Of a DNA stretch of 64,000 nt, positions 9,068 to 21,000 are shown one piece after another. Where the stretch lies: the NCBI GenBank assembly GCA_043228905.1, contig JBHGNT010000014.1:15872001-15936000 (forward strand), given 5' to 3'. The first letter of the stretch is position 1, and every line of letters begins with the position of its first letter. This stretch comes from Azolla caroliniana (taxonomy: Eukaryota > Plantae > Polypodiophyta). The translations under genes and the position numbers were made by a program. The notes under the pieces were generated by a model. It ran no database searches. It had not been told where the DNA came from and was given only the letters and a program-made list of their open reading frames with translations.

Positions 9068-12000
9068 ATGGGTTTATGCAGCCTCATGGAATGCTGCTGC
9101 ACTTGTTCCCCTACCCTGCACATTCAGCCCCGTGCTGAGTCAGGGTCAGGGTCAGGGTCAGGGTTAGGGTTAGGGTTAGGGTTAGGCTCATGGACAGGCA
9201 CAGGTAAAGGTATAGGTCCAGGACTAGGACTAGGACTAGGATTAGGATTAGGATTAGGGTTTAGCTGTCGGATTCCTTCCTCATTGCACACCACAGGATT
9301 AAGCACATCAAGGACGCTTGCTGCAGCTGCGCCACTTTGGGGAAACAGCCAATCCTCGCTCTCCGCTCCTCTAACTGAAACCCTTCAGACATTCGGGCAG
9401 ACGAAGCCGCGGAGCCGCGATGAATGGGCCTTAGTAAAGGCAGCGGATGACGACTTTGAGGTTGAAGAGGAGATCGAGTTCGATGACGATAATGACAAGG
9501 GTGAAGATGATGAAGAAGACCTTCAGGATTTTGAGACAGATTATGACGTTATTGGAGGGAGGCTGAGTAGTGACTCAGAAAGATACCTTGAGAGCGACTC
9601 ATTTATCTCTACTAGAGGTGAACCCGCGGAGTCCATTGTTGATTACAAGATCAATGAAGACGAGTTCCACAAACTCTCGCTTCAGCATTGTGACTTCTTT
9701 ATCCGTAAAGTCCCCGATGCTGATGAAGATATGTATGATTTCCGAGAGGTATCTACTTCTTGTATGCATGCTATTTACATATGTATGTAAAACGTTCATA
9801 CCTTTGACGACCTTTTTATTTATTTATTTCTGAGAAACGTCTACTTCCCACCTATATGTTATCTACAAATGTGATACTTCTGATTCCTGTTGTTTTTTTG
9901 GTAGCCTGACCTTTGTTTTTGAAAAGCATGAAAAGTTAATTATTATACCTACCTGATGTACAATTAACCACACAAGACCTATAAGCGATACACCATCTGT
10001 CTGAATTTTAAGGAGGCTTAAAGCTTCCTTTAATTGTCATTTGAGGTGCTAGTGTGGATGTTGTCAGATAGCCTCTTCATAATGAAATCCATTCCTTTTT
10101 CCATGAGCAAAGCATTATTCATTTTCTAAAAATTTGTTGAGGGTTACAAAACTTCGATTTTTGGATTTTGATCTTCCAGACACCTCATCACAGTCATGAT
10201 AGTCTAGATGATACAATCAATATTTCATGCAGATGTATGTAACAGCCCCTGACACAGATATTTATGCAATTCCAAGGACAGATGGAAGGTTGCCAAAGAA
10301 AGTGAGTGCATTTATCCAAATTTCTCTTTTAAAATGAAATGCTAATGTGCACCGTTTTTGAGGTGCTCCGTAGTGTTTCACCAGTGGAGCATCAGGCAAA
10401 TCACTGAATGCTGTATTGACTTGTCATGTAAGATAATTCATTTTTTATCTTAATGTGTGCAGCCTGTACGTTTGACTAAAAGCAACTTTGAGCACTTATG
10501 TGTTACAGAGCTACCAGTTGAAACACTTAGATCACCTATGGTCAAGGATGAAAGACAAGTTATGAAGGTTAGCAATTTGGGTCTACCAACAGGGAATTAT
10601 GCCTGTAGGCTTGATGTTTCTTGAATTGTGTGCTTTCTTGGAACATTCATTGGAATATCTTGTAGTTAATTCACATTGCTTTCAAGGGGGAACTTAATAT
10701 AGCAAGAATTTGAATATGTTAATTGGTGCAATTTGAAGTATGATAAAGAAAGTTTGCTTAAAAGCGGCATTTGTCCAACGGTGGGCTATTAACTGATCAA
10801 CTTAAGAAACTGTAAAATCTATACTGCACAGCTAACAAAACTTAAGTTGCAAAAGAGCGTATACACGAATTGGTAGGAAATTGTCGTATCAAATATATAC
10901 AATACAATGCTCCATCCACTGATGTGATTCTGTACTGTAGCTCAGATGGCGATGAAGAGCTCTATCTTCCTAGGGTATTGGATGCTTAAAGGAGTCAAAT
11001 GGGTTCCTTCTGCTGTATTTTAAGATGTCTTTAGACAGACTAATACTGAGCTAGACAGTACTTTCTTGGCCAGAGGGAAATATCCTAATTAAAGTTGGCA
11101 TTAACTACCCCAGGTTTCGACCTGGATAAATTAAAATACAAAATTTAGAAATAAATTCTCATTTTTCTCTATCTTCTTTTGTCAAATGCTATAGTCACAG
11201 TCATTATCACTATGTGGACAGTGGAAATCAATGATTGAATAAATTATGTAGAGATATTGGCTATAGGCCACGTTAAATGTTAAATCATCACATTGGGCTT
11301 GGTATAATGGATCAAGTACAGTTTTTTGTAGAAATTTTTTCATAGTAGGTTGGAGATGGGGTAGTTCTGATGTATTAGAATGAGATTTTCATTTAATGGA
11401 CTATTCTATGACTAACTAGAGACTACTGCCGTTTGAGATTTTCTTCATTTTGCAATTTCTTGAGTATTTTGTTGATTCTTAAAAGAACAGTTCTCTTATT
11501 GATATGAATATACTATTATTGCAGATTTTTCTAATGAAGCACTTAAAGAATAGGAGAGCAGATGCTTGGAACTTTGTACTAGATTTTGAGCAGATCTATG
11601 TTATTGATTCCAAGTCACGATCTATATCAAGGGCAAAGGTTACGGTTAGTGTTTAAACTTACATCCCATGTTAAAACATAATAGGAATGGGTTAAACAAT
11701 TTGTATGTTAACATTGACTCTTCTGATGATCATTTCTATACTCTGAGATCTCGCTCCTGTCAAAGTCCTACTTGTGATAAAAACATTTACGCAGGCCCTA
11801 CATGGCCTACTATTATCACTAGTAAATATATAAAGGCTCCTATACATTCTTCAGCAAGGTTAGAAAATTATGTTTACTGATGTGAAGGCTTCCCTATATC
11901 TAGAATACGTCAAAATGGGCTTGTTACAAGATTAAACCCCTTGCATTTTGTTGATGGAACATGATGCTTTGTTTTAACTCGACTTATTTTTTTATATCAA

Positions 12001-15000
12001 TACCTATTGGAGGGTGCCAGCTCCAGACCTGCACTCTCTTTCATCTTTATTATCTCTCTTCCTAGATTCTTTTCTTTTCATGTTATTTACTTTTATATTT
12101 ACTGTGTAATATATTTTTTATTTTGATTTGTTCTCAAAGACGAGACAACACTTAAGATGTAATCTCTTATTTGGTCTTATAGGCCATTTTGGCCTCTTAA
12201 AAGACGTTAATATATCTTTCTTTCTTTCTTTCTTTCTCTAGAATCTGCAACTCTTTAAATGCCTTCTTTCTCTAGAATCTGCAATGGTTTAAATGCCTTC
12301 TCTCTCTTTCACTTTTTCCAAGATATTCCTTCTTATTCCTAGTTTATTGTACCTGTTTGGTAGTACAAGAGTCACTTAACTACCAAACAACCATTTCACC
12401 CACATTCCAAAATTTTGTATAAATAGGCTATACCAGCCTCTCTTTTAAGTACTTTACTTTTGCTGCTACTTGAAAACAAGCTCTACTCTTTGCAACCATT
12501 TTTGCTACTACTGTCTAACAGTCTTCTCACAGCTTGGCTGTGTCTATTTTGTTCTAACAACTGTTCCGCTGCTGTTATTAACAGCTTTTTCACAATATCA
12601 ACGGTAATCTCCTAAACAATGCAGCACCAGCATTAACTATGCTATGCTGGTGATTAATCCATTAAATTAAATAATCATCAAGATTATATGGATACTTGCT
12701 TAATTGGTGACATTCTCCATGAAATCAGAATTTAGAATGGTATTTTACATGGGATAGAGTTTTAGAGTAAAGGCAGTTGTGTCCTCTCCACTTGAGTGCG
12801 CAGGTCCTGTATTTAGACAGCAACGCATGTTGAGGTTAAAGGCTATTGTGCCTTGTCCATTGGTATTGTACCCATTGTATAGTGAATAACGTGCTGCTCA
12901 TGTTGCACCCCTACTTGGGGTGATTACGCATCTGCTTCTTTTGAATCCCAAATGAGCTTCATAGCGTCATCATGTGACCTGTGTATTCGTAGTGTCACAC
13001 TTTCTTCTTCTTTGATAGTGACTTGCTCAGCTCAACTGGAGCCTCATGAATATGTACCATCAAAGCATGATTGATGAACACAATACTCTTATTGCTTTGG
13101 CATTTGGTGGGAATCTTGACGACCCCCGAGGAAGATTCCGTAAAGATACTCACAAATTTGAGATTCTATAGGGGATCATTATAGTGTTTCACATCAAGCA
13201 GAGAGAGAAAGCACCACCATCTATGTGGGGCGTTTAGATGGAGGAGAGTTGGAGCAGTATTAACAATAAATAAGAGAGGCAAGGGAAGTGGACTGGAGAG
13301 CATTCTCTTCATCCGGGGGGTGTTGGGTTTATTATAGAGATGTATATACTGGGCACATTAGTGGTATTAGAAATTTTTTCATCTAAAGAATATCGTGGCT
13401 TAATACAATGGACCAAGCATCATGATTATAAATGTAAAATCAATTCTTCTGGAATATTCAAAAAGTTGTTTCGTCGATGAGGTATGTGTGTTTCATCTTT
13501 CTTGATAGGCAGAGATTCCTACATTTCCTCCATGCCTCATTTGTAGGTATTTTAGTGTAAATAATCTAGGTTAATGAAGTCCTGAATGCCAGTCTATGTT
13601 TTTCATTGTTTTTCTAGCTTATGTTTGTACCAACCAGTAACATTTGTTTCCCTGGTTTTCTAGTTAAATGTTCCTGGTGGAGTGAATCGCGATAGGAGTC
13701 AAGAGGTTTTGCTTGTTCATGATGATGGTACTGTGTTCACGGTTATACATCAGGTATGCTTGATTGCATTATATAGGTTGTAGTTGTGTGTGAATATTAT
13801 AATGTTGAATGTGGTTTTACTATATCCTCGATCCAATATTTCCCAACCAAATTTCTCTAGACAATGGATGCTAGCTTTTTTCAGTGCGCATGCTTAGTTT
13901 TGCCTCTTCAATATTCCTGCTGTTGCTGTTTCTAAATGGAAGGACCGGTGTGTAATGATAGACTTGGAGCAAAAGTGACAAGAAAGGGAAAAGGGCTGAG
14001 GTGCAGATAGATAGATTCTATATCGTCTTCAGAGGTCAAATATGACCTATGAGGTGCAGAGAAAACACAAGAGAGGAAGAAGGTTCATGGAGGTTTTTGG
14101 AGCCCTCTAATAATCTATTTTGTGGGGGGGCATAACTATATTGTTTTACTAGAATGTGACTTGAACCAGCTCACATTGGCCAAGTGACTCAAATATGTCC
14201 TGGAAGCTCTTAAGAGAGCATATTGAAGGGCCTTTATAAATATACAAATGGAGAATTCTTGGACCTTTATACCAAGCAACCTCCTATTTACAAGGCTAAG
14301 TAAGCTCCTTGAAGCTATGCAACTTCCACCAGCCGCCGCCGATGTTAATGGTGTGCCTTGAGAGGTCACTTAATGAGAGCATCCATAGGATTTTGTTCCG
14401 TGCTGATTTTATTCAATAATATAAGACTATCATCTATTGCAGCCCTGATGATGTGATACATTACAGCATTGTGCTTAGTGTGTGCATGAACCATGGATTT
14501 GTAGCCAAACATATAACGTGCTGGCTATCACAAACAATGTAGGATTTGTTTCCTCTCCGATTGACCAAGTTCATTGTAGAGACGTGCTGCCCATATGAAT
14601 TCTTTGGAATCCTTAGTCCTAGATAATGCAACAATCCTCTGCAACTAGAACCCTACGAAATTGTATCATCTCCAAGTACAAATACATGTGAGTGGACTTC
14701 CGTGTATCCATGTCACCTGCCATATCAGAGTCACAGAAATCAATTTATTTCCAATGGAACCTTCCCATAACCTAGATATTTACTTTTTGTCCCCTTCAAA
14801 TATCCCAAAATTGTTTTATTTATTTATCTTGGGATACACAAAATAATAATTGTTGCCTATCCCTCTTTATCTGCATACCCAATACATATTCAGCTAAATC
14901 TAAATTTTTCATGGCAAAAGCTGATTTTCTATCCTCAGTCGTAAATTTACCCACCTATTCGGGATGCCACTCTTACCACCCTTGAGCGAGTCAACCAAGT

Positions 15001-18000
15001 CTCAAGTATCATTTGCATGCAAAGCTTTTATTTCTGCTTGCATTACCAGCTCCAACTCACTCTTTTGCTCACATGACCTAGTTTCATTTAATGTAAGAGC
15101 TTCACCCTCATCAATCAAAATATTGTATTGCTAGGAGAGATCATATCTTTTAAAGGCCTTCTTAATGTATTAGACCTGCTAGTGGACATGGGATCTACAT
15201 CAAGAGGGACCTCAGAACCTAAACATTAGGCCGCTATCCATCATTTACAGCCTTATTTTCAGCATTATTCAGCATTATGCATGTAATGGCTGTCCAATTT
15301 TTGACAGCAGTTCTGGAAGAAAGAAACTATGCCTGCCTCTCCTTAGATGCTCTAGCTATGTGAGCAATCTCAATTTATATATAATGTGAAGAAACTGCAA
15401 GCTGTCTAATCACTACAAAATATTAAATGGAATGTCAAATCATGTTCTTGCATGGTATGATGTCCATATAATTGCTGAATAAAGCACTGAAATGTAGTAC
15501 TAATGACATAAAAGTGGCTATAGTTGTTATATGCTTATCTATGCATGGGTCTGTACATACTAACATTCATTGTCTTCAGCATTAGCTAAATCTTGGGATC
15601 TTAGGAAAGTCTGTATTATAACAGCAACTAAAATCGGCAAGTCTTTTTATGCTTTATAGGAAACTCAAGGATAATATAGTCTGCATAGAGCATTAAATGA
15701 ACAATTATACCTCCTCATGTGATGTAGTTGATAGTCTCATTGTCCACCAACAGTCTGATTGGCACCATACTCTACCAATCATCTCATAGAGATTAAATTC
15801 CCCGAATCATAGGGATTCTCAAATATCTTAGGTACATGAAAAGCCATTGTAGTAGGAAAATGAAGTATCTTAATTTCAAATTTGACATTCTATCATCCTG
15901 CCACTTCATCCTTAGTGCTCTAGTAATCTATCCTTGATGATCACATACTTCATAGCTTCACCTGAGAGCTCCAATAGATTTTTGATTCCCCATCTTTAAA
16001 CCATTCATATTGTCAAGCAACTGTTCTGGCAATTATTCTGCATGCTTAGGACTTGTTTCTAATAGCATGACGTGATACTAGTTGGGATTTCCCCCCCAAT
16101 TGTCTACGTGGGATTTTCTCTATCTTATATTAAGTGAGATAGTGCCATCCCACACTTGAACTCTGGAAAGCAACACTCGAACCCACCATAGCATGGAATA
16201 ACATCAATCTCACTTCCCATTCTCAAGTATCACTTTGGTTGTGTTGATTGTCAAACATATAATAACTAATTCAACTTGCTTGAAGTTTAGACTCATACTC
16301 TCCACATATTTGTTGATGTTACATTAATACAAAGATATTTGAAGCTTTGCACCTCTTGTATGTAAAAGTGGGGTAGTGCCTTGGTTTTATTAGCCTTCTG
16401 ATTTTGACAGAATGTTTCCAATGCATTAAGTGTTTGGGCCATCATATCCTCTCGTCTTTTGCATCCTTGTTTACTATTTCTTCAAGTTTATCAATGCATA
16501 GATCAAAGAGTGTGGGCTCAAGCAAACTTTGAGAAACCACAATTTATTTTCAATTAGCAACTAACTCGCTCGTATTAGAATTAGAATTAGAATTTTTATC
16601 GTCCATAAAGAGGCCAATTTTGACCTATGGGACCAGAGTATACATATGTTCTTGATATGTGTCTCCTTCCTAAGGAGGGGTATTCATACATTGAAGCACA
16701 AAGTCTCTATGTGTGAATAAAGCATGCACATATGAGCTCAACCTTCTCGGTGGTGTCTTAAGTATGGCACTTAAGTTATCACTCCCTCTTAGTATGGCAA
16801 CATATCTTGAACGAATTGCACTATATGTTGAGCATGTGAAGAGCAAGTGACATTCATCCTCTACCATGCCTTCGTTGCATACTTTGCATGTCTTCAAATT
16901 AGTTACATTTTGATACCATGATGCATCTTCAATACCGAACTTGTGAGATCGAGTGCGAAGTAGTGTAAGGGCTCTATGAGCATTACTACTCATATTGGTA
17001 ATGAGATAAGGTTGGATACGATCAATAGACATTCTTGCTTTATATTGAGACCAACATTGAGGGTTGACATTTGCAATGTAGTATTCTAGCTTTGTCCTCT
17101 TAGCATCATCCCATTTCATTCTTAATGATTCCACCAACCTTTCCTCAATCATTACATATTGCATAACATTGCCCGAAAGCTCTAAAAGATCATCCAAACC
17201 CCATCTTCTAAACCATTTCTTTATGTCAACAACCCAACCTGATGAGAGAATCTTACTTTTATAATTCTTTTGTAGCTTACATCCAACATTCCAAGCAAGA
17301 TGTGCTAATCGATGATTCGGCATATTCTTGACTTTTATAACGTATTTATATACTTTTTGGAGTGCCAATAGTTCTATCACTATGGGTCGAACACTTGTTT
17401 CCAAGAGCATAACCTGGTAAGAGGTAGTGCATTTAACTCCTAATTGTCTCCTTAAAAACATCTTTTGAATTTTCTCAATCTCATTCCATGCATTAAGAGT
17501 GATGGTGCCACCCCATACTTCTACTCCATAAAGCAATACTTGAGTTACCATGGCATTAAACAACATTAGTTTTACTTCCCATCCACAAGTATCACTTTGG
17601 TTGCATTGGTTCTCTAGAAGGTAATATGATTTCCAACTGGCTTGGAGCCTAGAATCAAAGCATGCACTCCATTTATTTGTGGCAGGTACATCAATACCAA
17701 GATATTTAAAGCTTTGAACAAATTTTATGTGTTCACCTCTATATGTGAGCATAGGGTAATGATGAGGTTGGATGGTTTGCACTACCATCATTTTTGTTTT
17801 CTCCACATTCACTACTAGTCCATTACAATGGTGAACTTCTTCTAATACCACAAGTAAATTTTGCATACTATCAACATCATATGAGAAGAGTACCACATCA
17901 TCAACATATAGAAGCAATAAGATAACATGTTGCATCAATTTGGGAGCATTCAATCCTTCTTCTCTTGCAACCTTATTTACCACATCTAATTTATCAATAC

Positions 18001-21000
18001 ATAAGCCAAAAAGTGTGGGTGATAGTGGACATCCTTGCTTGACCCCCATGTTACTTAAAAAGTGCTTTGAGAATCCATTATCCATTTTTAGTTGGCATTT
18101 TACTTGTTCATATAGGCGTGCAACAACAACTTGGTACTCTAATGGCATGTCTTAATCCATTTGAGATATATCTTACATTCATCGTCAAACCAAGAATTAC
18201 ATGGAAAACTACACGTCTTATGCCCACCCACATCCCTCTTAAAGTATTGATACCCAGCCTTAAGGATGATATCCTTCAAATGTTGCCAATTTTCTTTAAC
18301 ATTGTTGCTTAGAGAAAAATTTAATAGATGGTTCTCCACTTCATTTCAATACATCTTAGCTTTTTCGTAGCAAGGTCAGATGATACATCTTTTTTCATCT
18401 TTCACTCCATGGCATCTATTGGTGAAATGTGGAATTGCAAGCTCTAGGTATAATGGCTTGTGCTCCGAGTCTGGAGATAGAGAACCAACTTTAAACACAT
18501 TCACCAATGATAGATCACATGCCAACATTAATGCATAATCAACCACACTTCCTCCACTCGAGGATGGTAAACATGTGAGCACATTTGTCAATGGGAATGC
18601 CTTTATACCATTTAGGATAATCAAGTTTGTGCAATTTAACATATGTATCAAAAGTTTTCCATAATCAGACATGACACAATCCTTTGAGTCACGCAATAGA
18701 CAATGTTCTACTACATTTTCTTCAAATGTCTCCATGTTTTGGAAATTTCCAATTCTTGCATTCAAGTCTCCCATAATTAAAACTTTACCAAGCTTCTCAA
18801 ATGAAAGTATATCATGACATAATTCTGTAAAAGGATCATCACAATCTAACCCAAACCTACTATAGTAGTTTGAGTCTTTGTGAGGAATGTAACATGCAAC
18901 TATATACAACTTCTCTTTCCCCAAATTAACCTCTATCCATATGTATCTCTTATAGTCATCATATTTGCATACTTTGATAGAATTATCTAAGCTCTCATGG
19001 TAGATACATGCTATCTTGGCACGCCGAATATTCCCTTTGGAGTGAGGCGATATCGATTTTATGAGGTAATCGTCTATCTTAGGTATACATTTTGCCTCAT
19101 GCTCCCATGTTTCAGCCAAAAATATAATATCCATACCTTGACCTGCATCATTGAGTCCTAAACCCTTATTCTATGGATATCCTCTACAATTCCAAAACAT
19201 TACTTTCAATCGTGAAGCACTTATAGTCCCATAGGTCGTTGTTTGCTATGCCTTTTGATTTGCTTTCCTAGATGCATATGCTTGCCTTCTACGTTCTTGC
19301 TCTTGTGGAGTTCTATCCTCCGTTACAAAAAAACTTGTCCCTTTTAAGTACACCTTACTACTATCTAGAATCATTGCCCTTTTACGTTCAACAAGGATTG
19401 TACAAACAATAGCTCGAGATGACTTTCCCTCTAATTGCTTTTTGCCAACCCTATGTGCGGCATATATAATAACATCTTGCATAGCAAAGTGATCTTCATA
19501 AAATTCCATAATATTCTCTCCAAGACATAATGCATTCTCTGTTTCATTCTCTTACATACCTCTAATGACAATATTATTCTTTCTTCTTTAGATTTCATAT
19601 TGCTCCCTTGCATCTAACACATCCATGATATTAGAATGCCTTTGCGTGATTTTCGGTGTTTCTTTCAAGGGAACATCTTTCCACCTTGTCATGATCACAT
19701 CTTCCTTCCCTTCAATTGTAGATTTTATTTCGACATTTTCCTTCACCAAAATATCTTTTTCTGCTTCAAGACTCAACATTTTTCTTTCTGTTTTAGGCAT
19801 TCGATTAACTTGCATTTGAATAATCATGTTCTTCATTGCATGTCGTTCTTCACGCAAAGCTTTAATCTCCAACTTTTGCATTTCCATTGTATGTTGAAGA
19901 GTTAATTCTCTCTCCTTACAACTATACATTTCGCTTTGCATATGCATCACTATCTCTTGCAATGAGATATACATAGCTGCTATCTTTTCTATTGACAAAG
20001 TATGCATTTGATTGTTTGGGCTTTCAATCACATCATCATTGATTTTTACTCCTCTTGGCATATTTACTATTAATAAAGTAAAAGAAGAAGTAGAATGTAC
20101 CTTTCAATCGATTTAGAGTTTCAAAATTTACCTTGAGTTTGAGGAACCGCGGGGCAAAGAAGGCTGCGGTAAAAAATGGTCATAACTTCTCACAACTATA
20201 ACGGAATTCAGCAAATAAACATTCCTTAGAAAGCTCTCTAAAGGAGCTTTCTAACAAGCTATAGAATGCAAAAAACGATGGAGGGGGAGAAACGGGCACA
20301 CAGAAGAAAGAAAGAGGAGGAGAAAGAAGGATATATTAACGTCTTTTAAGAGGCCAAAATGGCCTATATGACCAAATAAGAGATTACATCTTAAGTGTAG
20401 AGAGAGAGGGAGGGAGAGAGAGAGAGATAGGGAAGACTAGGAAATTGTAACAATGGGTTTTACATGCAATTAATATAAATGTGTGCTTTTACTAGAGAGA
20501 TAGATAGATAGATTATATTATCATCTTACGAGGTCAAATATGACCTATGAGACCAAAAATATTATATTTCACGTGAGACATGTGAAAGTGAGTAGCGACT
20601 CTTGATGTTCAAGAACTTTACCAATGAATGTTGCAATCGAGAGTGCACATTGTGGTTGTGAGAGAAGTTTGTGCAAGGATTGGACTTGGTCGAAGATGTG
20701 TGGAAAGCATGGTCGAATATGATCAAAGGTAGAGCATTGTATCAAAGTGTGATACTCAGACTCTCGAACTTGCTTAGTGCAAAGTGTGTATAGTCGACCA
20801 CTCTCATCACTTGTGCCCTAACGCCTTGTCTCATATTGCAATGCATGTGAGCTAAATCGCATGGAAGCAATGGCTTGAATGAGCTCTTACGTGTATTGAT
20901 ATGTATGGTTTCCCCGTTCCGTGAAGAATATGGTTTTGTAGTTAGGTACAACATGTGTAGTATAGTGTGTGAAGCGCGAGCCTTCACATTTTTCCCATGT

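Noticed and set aside
12740-13200. Possible gypsy integrase remnant in pTAC6 intron 4
   Set aside because: Only a faint HPQ-like trace, too degenerate to support.
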